From Burkholderiales bacterium (GTDB taxonomy: Bacteria; Pseudomonadota; Gammaproteobacteria; Burkholderiales; SG8-41): a stretch of DNA of 64,000 nt. The notes below the pieces were generated by a model, which did no database searches, had not been told where the DNA came from, and saw only the letters and a program-made list of their open reading frames with translations. This document shows, piece after piece, positions 37,175 to 45,810 of the stretch (position 1 is its first letter; every line of letters begins with the position of its first letter). A program made the position numbers and the translations under genes. The stretch is from positions 177,719-241,718 of the forward strand of contig JAHCAI010000005.1 of NCBI GenBank assembly GCA_019634975.1, given 5' to 3'.

Positions 37175-38095
37175 ATGAGCTTCTTTGCCCCGCCTGAACG
37201 CATCACCGCCGACGTCTTCGCCGAACTGCCGAAGAAATTCCGCCGCACGAAAGTCTCCACCGAGCGCCTTGCAGCCGGCCGCCCCGCGCCGGAAGGCGGC
37301 TGCTTCCTCGAAGGTCCGTCCTTCGACCGCAAGGGCAATCTCTACGTCACCGACATTCCCTTTGGCCGCATTTTCCGCATCTCGCCGAAAGGCAACTGGG
37401 ATCTAGTCGTCGAATACGACGGTGAACCCAATGGCCTGAAGATTCACCGGGACGGCCGCATTTTCGTCACCGACCACAAGCGCGGGCTGATGCTGCTCGA
37501 CGCGAAACGCGGCCGCATTGAGACCCTCCTGAACCGCTACAACCTTGAAACCTTCAAGGGCCTGAACGACCTGGTGTTCGCGTCCAACGGCGACCTCTAC
37601 TTCACCGACCAGGGCCAGAGCGGCCTGCAGAACCCCAGCGGCGCGGTATACCGGCTGCGCTCGAACGGCAAACTCGAGCGCATCGCCGACAACATCCCCA
37701 GCCCCAACGGCCTGGTGCTCAACGCGGCGGAAAACACGCTGTTCGTCGCGGTGACCCGCGCCAACGCGGTGTGGCGCCTGCCGCTGCTGCCCGACGGCAC
37801 GGTGTCACGGATGGGCGTGTTCATCCAGATGTCGGGCGGCCGCGGCCCCGACGGCATGGCCATCGACGAGGACGACGGACTGGCCGTGGCGCATCCGGAC
37901 ATGGGCGCGGTGTGGGTGTTCAACCAGCGCGGCGAGCCGATGTACCGCATCGACTCGCCGGGCTCGGACGTGGTGACCAACTGCGCCTGGGGCGTGAAGG
38001 ACCCGCACACGCTGTACATCGTCGATTCCGAAGGCGGCGCCATCCTCAGCGCGGAACTGCCCACGCCGGGGCAGAAAATGTACGGGCTGTCATAA
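37175..38095 (+). CDS. SMP-30/gluconolactonase/LRE-family protein (paralog of 29108-30028)
   Basis: ORF 37085-38095, start ATG 37175 (MSFFAPPERI, the same N-terminus style as the paralog, MSFFEPPPLI). LEGPSFDRKGNLYVTDI, NDLVFASNGDLYFTDQ. Confidence 0.88.
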   Translation: MSFFAPPERITADVFAELPKKFRRTKVSTERLAAGRPAPEGGCFLEGPSFDRKGNLYVTDIPFGRIFRISPKGNWDLVVEYDGEPNGLKIHRDGRIFVTDHKRGLMLLDAKRGRIETLLNRYNLETFKGLNDLVFASNGDLYFTDQGQSGLQNPSGAVYRLRSNGKLERIADNIPSPNGLVLNAAENTLFVAVTRANAVWRLPLLPDGTVSRMGVFIQMSGGRGPDGMAIDEDDGLAVAHPDMGAVWVFNQRGEPMYRIDSPGSDVVTNCAWGVKDPHTLYIVDSEGGAILSAELPTPGQKMYGLS

Positions 38096-38103
38096 GCAGT
38101 TCA

Positions 38104-38181
38104 GTCATCCCGGCGCAAGCCGGGATCCAGTACTCACCGTCGCGAACAAAACGGCTGGATGCCGGCTTGCGCCGGCATGAC
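38104..38181. repeat. 27-bp inverted repeat pair, each arm itself a hairpin; likely bidirectional terminator / REP-type element
   Basis: gtcatcccggcgcaagccgggatccag (38104-38130) and ctggatgccggcttgcgccggcatgac (38155-38181). The arms differ at two positions that pair with each other inside the arm hairpin. It lies between convergent genes. Confidence 0.6.
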
Positions 38182-38189
38182 AATCTGGT

Positions 38190-39629
38190 CTAGCGAACGA
38201 GCAGGTCGACAAACTCGTTGACCGCCATCGCCTCCAGTTTTTTCTGATCCGTGCAGGCGGCAACGATCGCCGCCTTCTGCTTGGCCGCGAAGGCCATCGC
38301 GGTATTGGCGTTGAACTTTTTCATCACCGCCGGAATGCCTTCCTTGCGGCGCTTGCGGTGGCCCAGCGGGTAATTGACCTCGACCAGCGGCGTTTTCGTG
38401 CCGTCCTTGAAGAACACCTGGATCGAGTTGGCGTTGGTGCGCTTGGCCGGATCGTGGTACTCGCGCTCGTAGCGCTCGTATTCGGTGAGGCGGATTTTCG
38501 CGCGCAGCTTGTCGATGCGCGGATCGGCGGCGATCTCGTCTTCGTAGTGCCTGGCGGTCATCTCGCCGAAGATCAGGCCGATGGCCATCATGTACTGCAT
38601 GCAGTGGTCGCGGTCGGCGAAGTTCGCGAGCGGCCCGGTCTTGTCGAGGATCACCATCGTCGAATTGTGTGCACGCGCCTCGATGTGGCTGACCTCGTCG
38701 AGCCGGTCTTTCACCAGCGGGTGCAGCTTGATCGCCGCCTCGACGCCGGTCTGGCCGTGGAAAGCGGTCGGGTACGGGATCTTGAACAGCGTGTTCTCGA
38801 TGACGTAGCTGCCCAGCGGGCGCTGGAACTTGAAGGGCTTGCCCTTGAACAGCACGTCGTAGAAGCCCCACTTGGGCGCGGTCAGCGCCGAGGGGTAGCC
38901 CATCTCGCCCTTTTTCGCGAGCAGCGACAGCCACACCGCGCGCGCCGAGGCGTCACCCGCGGCCCATGACTTGCGCGCGCCGGTGTTGGGCTTGCGGCGG
39001 TAGGTCGCCAGCGCGTGGCCGTCGACCCAGGCATTCGACAGCGCGTTGATGGTTTCCTCGAACGTGCAGCCGAGTACCGAGGTCACCGCGGCGGTGCTGG
39101 CGATCTTCACCAGGATCGTGTGGTCAAGGCCGGCAGCGGTGAAGCCGTTCTCCAGCGCAAGCCCGCCCTGCACTTCGTAGGCCTTGATGATCGCCGTCAG
39201 CACTTCGCGCATGGCGAGCGGCTTTTTACCCGCGGCCACGCGGGTGCGCGACAGCCAGTCCGCGGTCATCAGGATCGCGCCGATATTGTCCGAGGGATGG
39301 ATCACCGTCCGGCCGTAGAAGGCATCGTTGAAATCGAGCCAGCGGATCAGCGCGCCGGCGTTGAAAGCCGCAGTCACCGGGTCGAGCACGTAGTTCGTGC
39401 CCGGCACGCGCGCGCCGTTGGGCACGACGGTACCGGGCACGACGGGCCCGAGCAGCTTGGTGCAGTCCGGATAGGCCAGCGCCTCGAAGGCGCAGGCCAG
39501 GCTGTCGATCAGCGTCAGCCGCGCGGTTTCATAGGCGAGCTTGCTCGCAGGCTTGTAGCCATGCGCGTACTGCGCGAGATCGACAATGACCTTGTCCGGC
39601 TGCGGACGCTTGTTGGTGACTGCGGACAT
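38190..39629 (-). CDS. prpD: 2-methylcitrate dehydratase (PrpD-type)
   Basis: 479 aa. Colinear with E. coli PrpD over the whole length as I recall it (LLGPVVPGTVVPNGARVPGT, IRWLDFND, SDNIGAILMTADWLS, TGEMGYPSALTAPKWGFYDV, ADRDHCMQYMMAI, GIPAVMKKF). No prpB/prpC next to it. Confidence 0.75.
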   Translation of the reverse strand: MSAVTNKRPQPDKVIVDLAQYAHGYKPASKLAYETARLTLIDSLACAFEALAYPDCTKLLGPVVPGTVVPNGARVPGTNYVLDPVTAAFNAGALIRWLDFNDAFYGRTVIHPSDNIGAILMTADWLSRTRVAAGKKPLAMREVLTAIIKAYEVQGGLALENGFTAAGLDHTILVKIASTAAVTSVLGCTFEETINALSNAWVDGHALATYRRKPNTGARKSWAAGDASARAVWLSLLAKKGEMGYPSALTAPKWGFYDVLFKGKPFKFQRPLGSYVIENTLFKIPYPTAFHGQTGVEAAIKLHPLVKDRLDEVSHIEARAHNSTMVILDKTGPLANFADRDHCMQYMMAIGLIFGEMTARHYEDEIAADPRIDKLRAKIRLTEYERYEREYHDPAKRTNANSIQVFFKDGTKTPLVEVNYPLGHRKRRKEGIPAVMKKFNANTAMAFAAKQKAAIVAACTDQKKLEAMAVNEFVDLLVR

Positions 39630-39665
39630 TCCTCATAACTCCTTGATTATATTGATATTTTTAAA

Positions 39666-40634
39666 TCACTCGGCCTTGATGCCCGCCGCCTTGACCAGCT
39701 TGCCCCACTTCGCCGCCTCGGCCTTGAGGTATTGCGCGAACTCCGCCGGGCTGTCGCCCACCGGTTCCAGTCCGGCCTTGGTCAAACGATCGGCGATTGC
39801 CGGTTCCTGCAACGTGGCGACGATTTCCTTGTTCAGGCGCTGGATCACCGCGCGCGGCGTGCCGGCCGGCGCCACCAAGCCGTTCCAGTTGTTGGCCTCG
39901 TAACCCTTCACGCCCGCCTCGGCGATGGTCGGCATCTCCGGGAACAGCGGCGTGCGCTTGGCCTTGCCCACGCCAAGGCCGCGCAACTTGCCGGCGCGGA
40001 TATGGGGCTGGGCCGTGGTCAGGTTGGCCATCATCATGTTCAGGCGTCCGGCCACCAGGTCCGCCACCGCGGGTGCGCCGCCCTTGTACGGCACGTGCAG
40101 CGCTTCGACCTCGGCCATGCTGGTGAACAGCGCCATGGCAAGGTGTCCCGCGCCGCCGACGCCGCTGGAACCGTAGTTGTACTTGCCCGGACTGGCCTTC
40201 AGCAGCGCGACCAGTTCCTTCACCGAATTCGCGGGCATCGAGGGATGCACCACCAGCAGGTTGCTCGATGCGGCGATGTTGGTGACCGCGACGAAATCGC
40301 GCTCCAGCACATAAGGCACCTTCGCGTACAGCGAAGGATTGACGGCCAGCGGCGGCGTCGCCATCAGCAGCACATGGCCATCGGGGGTCGCGTTCTTGAC
40401 GATTTCGGTGCCGATGATCGTGCCGGCACCGGTGCGGTTGTCGACCACGACCTGCTGGCCCAGGCGCTCCGACAGCCGCGCGCTGGTCACGCGCGCGACG
40501 GTATCAGTCGATCCGCCGGCGGAATACGGCACCACCAGGCGCACCGGGCGCTGCGGATACTCGGCGGCCTGCACCGGCATCGCGGCCAGCGCGGCAAACA
40601 TGACGGGAAAAAGGCTGCTGTGAAATGGCTTCAT
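39666..40634 (-). CDS. Bug-family substrate-binding protein
   Basis: ORF 39666-40823, start ATG 40634. MKPFHSSLFPVMFAALAAMPVQAAEYPQRPVRLVVPYSAGGSTD. Confidence 0.9.
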   Translation of the reverse strand: MKPFHSSLFPVMFAALAAMPVQAAEYPQRPVRLVVPYSAGGSTDTVARVTSARLSERLGQQVVVDNRTGAGTIIGTEIVKNATPDGHVLLMATPPLAVNPSLYAKVPYVLERDFVAVTNIAASSNLLVVHPSMPANSVKELVALLKASPGKYNYGSSGVGGAGHLAMALFTSMAEVEALHVPYKGGAPAVADLVAGRLNMMMANLTTAQPHIRAGKLRGLGVGKAKRTPLFPEMPTIAEAGVKGYEANNWNGLVAPAGTPRAVIQRLNKEIVATLQEPAIADRLTKAGLEPVGDSPAEFAQYLKAEAAKWGKLVKAAGIKAE

Positions 40635-40701
40635 GGTGTTCCTCGCTGAGGGATGGTTGTCCTCCGTTGCACGACATTTTCTTGTTGTGTGATTCCCGGA
40701 T

Positions 40702-41328
40702 TCATTCGCCGGCCGCACCGCCCTCATAGGGAATGCGCGGCATTTCGAAACGGTCGGTGATGCGCGTATAGCCGCCCTTGCCGGCCAGGCGCCCGATCGG
40801 GTTGATGCGTCCGGCATCGACATGGAAGCGTTCGTTGACGATGCCTTCGTGGTAATGGAAGTAGACGACCTCGCCGAACACGACGTGATAGGGCTTGCGG
40901 CCGAGGTCGACGATCTGCATCAGCCGGCATTCCATCGCCACCGGCGCCTCGACGATCCGCGGCGGCCTGACCCTGCGCGAGGGCGCGGTCGTAAAGCCTG
41001 CCTTTTCGATCTCGTTGACGCCGAGCGGATAGTCGACGGCGCAGATGTTCATCTGCTCCTTGATCGCATCGCTGACGATATGCACGACGAATTCCGGCGT
41101 CTCGCGGATGTTGCGCACGGTGTCCTTGTCCGAACCGGAGCGGTCGCCGACCGAAAACATCAGCATCGCCGGATCCGAGCCCACGGCATTGAAGAAGCTG
41201 AAGGGCGCCGCATTGGCACCGTGCCGGCCGAGGGTGGTCACCAGCGCAATGGGGCGCGGCGTCACCGAGCCGACCATCAGCTTGTACTGGTCCTGCCAGG
41301 AGACTTTTGCAGCATCGATTTCGGTCAT
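40702..41328 (-). CDS. Flavin reductase-like (FMN-binding split-barrel) protein
   Basis: ORF 40702-41463, start ATG 41328 (MTEIDAAKVS). VTPRPIALVTT...NAAPFSFFNAV motif of the flavin reductase domain family. Confidence 0.8.
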   Translation of the reverse strand: MTEIDAAKVSWQDQYKLMVGSVTPRPIALVTTLGRHGANAAPFSFFNAVGSDPAMLMFSVGDRSGSDKDTVRNIRETPEFVVHIVSDAIKEQMNICAVDYPLGVNEIEKAGFTTAPSRRVRPPRIVEAPVAMECRLMQIVDLGRKPYHVVFGEVVYFHYHEGIVNERFHVDAGRINPIGRLAGKGGYTRITDRFEMPRIPYEGGAAGE

Positions 41329-41475
41329 GTCGGGAAAATCCGGGACGGGAAAATATGGATTTGATTCTAGCAGGGACACCCCGCCACCAGACTGCCGGTT
41401 CCGCATGATGTGCGCGGCTGCAGGGGCGCAAAAAACGCCTCCCGCAGGAGGCGTGCTTGCCACAGCCGGAAGCGT

Positions 41476-42444
41476 TCAGCGCAAACGGATCTTGCCGTCG
41501 GTGATGATTTTGCGGTACTTGGCAATCTCCCGCTGCATCATTTCGGTCAATTCCACCGGCGTGCTGCCCACGGGATCGAGCCCCTCGCGCGCGTAAAACC
41601 TGCTGACTTCCTCCGCGCTCAGCGCCTTCTTCACCTCGCTGTTGATCCTGTCGATCGCCGCCTTCGGCGATCCTTTGGGCATGAACATCGCGTACCAGTT
41701 GTCCGAGGTGAATCCCGGATACATCGAGTTCATCGTGGGCAGTTCGGGCAGCGCCGAGGCAGGCTTCGCCGTGGTCACCGCCAGCGCGCGCAGCCGGCCC
41801 GCCTTGATGTGGGGCATCGAGGATGGCGCCGTGGCGAACAGCAGGTCGATTTCCCCGGTTGCCACGCCCAGGGTCGCGGGTCCGCCGCCCTTGTACAGCA
41901 CCGTCACCCCCTTGGCTTTCGCGAACTGCTTGAACATCTCCGCCGACAGGTGGCTGGTGCTGCCGGGCGTATTGCCGCCCATGTTCAGTCCCTGCGGGAC
42001 GCGGCTGGACAGCGCCACCAGTTCCTTGACATTTTTTGCAGGCACACTGGGGTGGACCACCAGCACCAGCGGAGCCGATGAGACCCAGACCACGGGGTCC
42101 AGGTCCTTCAGCGGATCGAATTTCATGCGGTCCTTCTGCAGGGTGACGTTCACTGCAATGGTCGCCGTGGTGAACAACACGGTATAGCCGTCGGGCGGCG
42201 ATTCGACCGTGATCTGCGCGCCGATCAGGCCGCCCGCGCCCGTACGGTTGTCGACCAGCACCTGCTGCCCGAGGCCCGAGCGCATTTTTTCGCCCAGCAA
42301 CCTTCCCTGGATGTCAGTGCCCCCCCCGGTACTGAAGGGAACGATCAATCGCACCGGCTTTTCCGGATAGGCGGCCGGAGTCGATACCGGGATCAAAAAC
42401 GCAAGACCCAGACTCATTCGTAGCACAGACTGGAAAATATGCAT
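41476..42444 (-). CDS. Bug-family substrate-binding protein
   Basis: MHIFQSVLRMSLGLAFLIPVSTPAAYPEKPVRLIVPFSTGGGTD. RBS GAGGAGG. Confidence 0.9.
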   Translation of the reverse strand: MHIFQSVLRMSLGLAFLIPVSTPAAYPEKPVRLIVPFSTGGGTDIQGRLLGEKMRSGLGQQVLVDNRTGAGGLIGAQITVESPPDGYTVLFTTATIAVNVTLQKDRMKFDPLKDLDPVVWVSSAPLVLVVHPSVPAKNVKELVALSSRVPQGLNMGGNTPGSTSHLSAEMFKQFAKAKGVTVLYKGGGPATLGVATGEIDLLFATAPSSMPHIKAGRLRALAVTTAKPASALPELPTMNSMYPGFTSDNWYAMFMPKGSPKAAIDRINSEVKKALSAEEVSRFYAREGLDPVGSTPVELTEMMQREIAKYRKIITDGKIRLR

Positions 42445-42491
42445 GAAAACCTCCTCGTATATAACTTATTGATTTATAACAATATTTTATA

Positions 42492-42523
42492 TTCCACCAA
42501 GTGGAACCCACATTGTGTCACAA
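42492..42523. promoter_or_regulatory. Two short palindromes in the AT-rich leader of Bug gene 41476-42444 (candidate operators)
   Basis: TTCCACcaaGTGGAA (42492-42506) and TTGTGtCACAA (42513-42523). A tandem direct repeat (a/g)ttttgtgcgt(t/c)cc follows further upstream at ~42553-42580. Confidence 0.25.
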
Positions 42524-42685
42524 GATAGACTGAGATGTAACCCTAAATTGACATTTTGTGCGTTCCGTTTTGTGCGTCCCGATACGATCGCTCACGAGTC
42601 CGGTCCGCCCGATCCGGGCAAGGGATGGCATGCACCCGATCTCGCCCGCCCGGTTTCGGCGACAGGACGTCGCCGCCAGTCGCCG

Positions 42686-43675
42686 CTAGAGCACGAGGCC
42701 GGCGCGCCGGATCATCGCGGCGTAACGGGCCATGTCCTGGCGCAGCAATGCGCCCAGTGCCGCCGGATCATCACTTCCCGGCACCAGCGCGCGGTCGGAA
42801 AAAAAGGAAACAACGGATTCGGCGCGCAGCGTCTGGCGGACCCGGGCATGAACATCTGCCACGACCTCATCCGCCGTCCCGGCCGGGACAAATAATCCGT
42901 ACCACTGATTGCCGACAAAATCACGGGAAGGATTCGCGAGGGTAGGAAGCGCTGCCAGCACCGGATGTCGGCTTGCCGCAGTGGTCGCGAGCGGGCGCAG
43001 ACGACCTGCCGCGACGTGTGCAACAGCCAGCGGGGCTGCCACGAACATCGCATCAACCTGCCCGCCTGTCAGGGCCCGCAGGGCCGCGGACTCGCCCCGG
43101 CGTATCGAGATGCGTGCAGCCGCCACGGGTGGCAGCAGCATGGCGGCCGCCAGACCGTCCAGACCTGCCGCAGAAGAGGCCGCCACTTCGAGCCGATACT
43201 TCTGCCCCCGTGCAAGCGCCAGCAGCTGCTCCAGCGAAGTCACGGGCACCGCCGGATGCACCGCCAGGACCAGGGGCGTCGACGACAAGTGGATGACCGG
43301 CTTCAGTTCGCGCGTCGGATCGAATCCGGATCCCGTCGGCGGCGAAGCCGCACGGACGGCCAGCGACGCCGAAGCCAGGAGCAGCGTTTGGCCATCCGCC
43401 GGCGAACGGGCCACCACAGCCTCCCCCGCCTCGCGTCCGAAGCCGCTGCGGTGGTCGACGATCCAGGCCTGACCGCCTGGCCGCCACATCGCTTCAGCCA
43501 GGTATTCCGCCTGCAGGGAAGCCGCCCCTCCGGGAGTGGTGGGCACCACCACACGTGCCGGCGGGCCACCGGATGCCAATGCCGTTTCATGAACGGGCAG
43601 TAGCAGGGAAAACAGGCAAAAAAACGCCCGCACGAGGCGGGCGCCAGTCGATGCCTTTTGCACAGGCTCAGTCAA
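42686..43675 (-). CDS. Highly divergent Bug-family paralog
   Basis: 329 aa, colinear with neighbouring Bug proteins (ARSPADGQTLLL, LKPVIHLSSTPLVLAVHPAVPV, GQVDAMFVAAP, GRLRPLATT, WYGLFVPAGT). The hallmark PF.PGGGTD reads PTTPGGAAS. The track start is TTG, so the true start is uncertain. Confidence 0.65.
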   Translation of the reverse strand: MTEPVQKASTGARLVRAFFCLFSLLLPVHETALASGGPPARVVVPTTPGGAASLQAEYLAEAMWRPGGQAWIVDHRSGFGREAGEAVVARSPADGQTLLLASASLAVRAASPPTGSGFDPTRELKPVIHLSSTPLVLAVHPAVPVTSLEQLLALARGQKYRLEVAASSAAGLDGLAAAMLLPPVAAARISIRRGESAALRALTGGQVDAMFVAAPLAVAHVAAGRLRPLATTAASRHPVLAALPTLANPSRDFVGNQWYGLFVPAGTADEVVADVHARVRQTLRAESVVSFFSDRALVPGSDDPAALGALLRQDMARYAAMIRRAGLVL

Positions 43676-44646
43676 GAACGATCTTCGCAGCGTTGATGAC
43701 CTTGGTGTACTTCTCGGCTTCGCGCTTGAAGTAATCCGCCAGTGCCTCGGGAGTGCTGCCCACCGGCTCGCCGCCTTCCTTGCGGATGAACCCCTCGACG
43801 TCCGGTGACTTCAGCGCCTTGATGATCTCGGCGTTGAGCTTGGCCACGATGTCCTTGGGCGTGCCCTTCGGGAAGAACATCGCGTACCAGTTGTCAGCCT
43901 CGAAATCCGGGAACATGGAATTCATCGTCGGCAGGTCGGGGAAAGTCGAGGAGCGCTTGGCGGTGGTCACGGCGAGGCCGCGCACCTTGCCCGACTTGAT
44001 GAAGGGCTGGGCCGCCAGCGCGGTGCCGAAGTGGAAGTCCGATTCGCCGCTGATCTGGGCCACCATGGCGGGGCCGCCGCCCTTGTACGGCACCGGCGTC
44101 ACGCGGGCGCCGGCGAACAGCTTGAGCATTTCCACCGACAGGTGGCTGGTGGTGCCGGCGCCGTTGTGCGCGGCGATCAGGTTGCTGTTGGGGGCGCTTG
44201 GCCAGCGCGACGAACTCCTTCAGGTTCTTCGCCGGCACGCTGGGGTGCACGACCAGCACCAGCGGCACCGAGGACACCCAGCTCACCGGGTCGAGGTCGG
44301 TCAGCGGGTTGAACTTCAGGCGCTTGGCATAGAGCACCGTGTTCACAGCCATCGACGCGGTCGTGAACAGGATGTTGTAGCCGTCGGGCGCGGAGCGCGC
44401 GACGAACTCCGCCCCGATCAGGCCGGATGCGCCGGAGCGGTTTTCGACCAGGAAGTTCTGGCCCATGCTCTGCTGGAACTTCTGCCCGAGCAGCCGCCCC
44501 TGGATGTCGGTGCCGCCGCCGGCGCCGAAGGGCACGACGAGGCGCACCGGCTTGACCGGCCATTGTTGCGCCTGGGCGGGGATGCCGAGTGCAAGGGTCG
44601 CCGCAGCGACGACCGCTCCCGCCAGTTTCAGTTTCTGCTGTTTCAT
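43668..44646 (-). pseudogene. Bug-family gene interrupted by a frameshift in a G5/C5 run
   Basis: The N-terminal frame (44646 downward: MKQQKLKLAGAVVAAATLALGIPAQAQQWPVKPVRLVVPFGAGGGTD...NLKEFVALAK) goes out of family after 44190-44194 (ggggg). The C-terminal frame (ORF 43668-44135: ...EMLKLFAGARVTPVPYKGGGPAM) continues the homology in another frame. Confidence 0.75.
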
Positions 44647-44700
44647 GCTGTTCCTCCTGTTATGAACTGCTCGATTGATTGCCGCGATGAATATCTGGAC

Positions 44701-45624
44701 TCAGCCCCGGTAGATCGGCTCCGGCTGGGTGAAGAACGAATGCAGGATGTGGTACACCATACGGTAATTGATCTGCTGGAAGCTGGCATGGGAGATGCCA
44801 GCCATCACCGCGAACTGCTTGTCGGGATTGGGCAGGCGGTTGAAAAACTCGACCAGGTCCTCGACGCTGGCGATGCCGTCGAACTGCCCGCGCATGATGA
44901 TCGTCGGCACGGTGATCTTGGCCGGGTCGACGACCGGCAGGTTGGCGCACATGTCGAGATAAGTCCCGGTCGGGACGGAATCGTCAAGCGCGAGTATCGC
45001 GTCGGCGAAGGCCTCGACCACCTTCTCCTCGGCGCAGCCGGGATGGTCACGGTTGAAAATCGAATGGACAAAGGCGCGGTCGATGGGCCGGCGTTTCATC
45101 GCCTTCCACTGGTCCAGTTTTTTCGCGCGCTCTTCCAGGGTCGGGCTGCCCTTGCCGGTCCAGACAAAGGCATCCAGCGCGAGGCGGGCCACGCGCTCCG
45201 GGTGGCGCTCGGCAAACATCGCGGCGCGCAAGGCGCCGGAGGAAATGCCGTAGACCATGAACTTTTTCGCGCCCGTGGTCTTCATGATGTAGTCGCTGGC
45301 CGCTGCCAGGTCGTCGGCGCCGTTGGCGATGTCGAAATACAGGTCGCGCGACTTGTCCGAGCGGCCGTAGCCTTCCATGTCCACGCACCAGGTATTGAAG
45401 CCGCGCTGCGCGAACCAGTCCATGACCGACGAGTCGGCGCGGCCGGGCACCTGCAGGTCGAAGGTCGGCTGCGAGGCCATCGAGGAGCCGTGCACGAACA
45501 GCACCGTGCCCTTCTCGCCCTTGCCGTCGGCGGCCTTCTTCTCCCACAGGAAAAGCTTGACGTCGCCCTTGCGGGTCCAGTGTTCCTTGCCGACGATCGC
45601 GGCGCTTGCTGCGGTTTGATCCAT
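44701..45624 (-). CDS. Alpha/beta-fold hydrolase
   Basis: ORF 44701-45702, start ATG 45624 (MDQTAASAAIVGKEHW). VLFVHGSSMAS, GYGRSD and nucleophile elbow GISSGA. Confidence 0.8.
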   Translation of the reverse strand: MDQTAASAAIVGKEHWTRKGDVKLFLWEKKAADGKGEKGTVLFVHGSSMASQPTFDLQVPGRADSSVMDWFAQRGFNTWCVDMEGYGRSDKSRDLYFDIANGADDLAAASDYIMKTTGAKKFMVYGISSGALRAAMFAERHPERVARLALDAFVWTGKGSPTLEERAKKLDQWKAMKRRPIDRAFVHSIFNRDHPGCAEEKVVEAFADAILALDDSVPTGTYLDMCANLPVVDPAKITVPTIIMRGQFDGIASVEDLVEFFNRLPNPDKQFAVMAGISHASFQQINYRMVYHILHSFFTQPEPIYRG

Positions 45625-45810
45625 TTTGTTCCGTAGGCGGGTGATGTTTGCCGGGGGCGAGACGCACTGCCAGGAGGCGGCGCTCGCAGGCGGAAGCGGC
45701 AAGTCTAGGATACGGAACCGCCCCAGTCAAACGGTGGAGACGCCTTATATAATCCCGCGTCAACCAGATCATTCTGTCGTCCATGACAGACCAGACGCCC
45801 CCCCGGAAAA

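Noticed and set aside
37087-37338. N-terminal extensions of track ORFs (for example acyl-CoA synthetase to 37338, CoA-transferase from 4032, Bug genes from 19420, 23978, 24918, 35442, 40823)
   Set aside because: The extensions are Arg/Pro-rich, precede obvious RBS+ATG combinations and signal peptides or family N-termini, and often overlap the neighbouring gene or promoter. Shorter starts were chosen.
43753-45636. 627-aa plus-strand ORF
   Set aside because: It runs antisense across two unrelated minus-strand genes (the Bug pseudogene and the alpha/beta hydrolase) and shows Arg/Gly/Ala-rich artefact composition.
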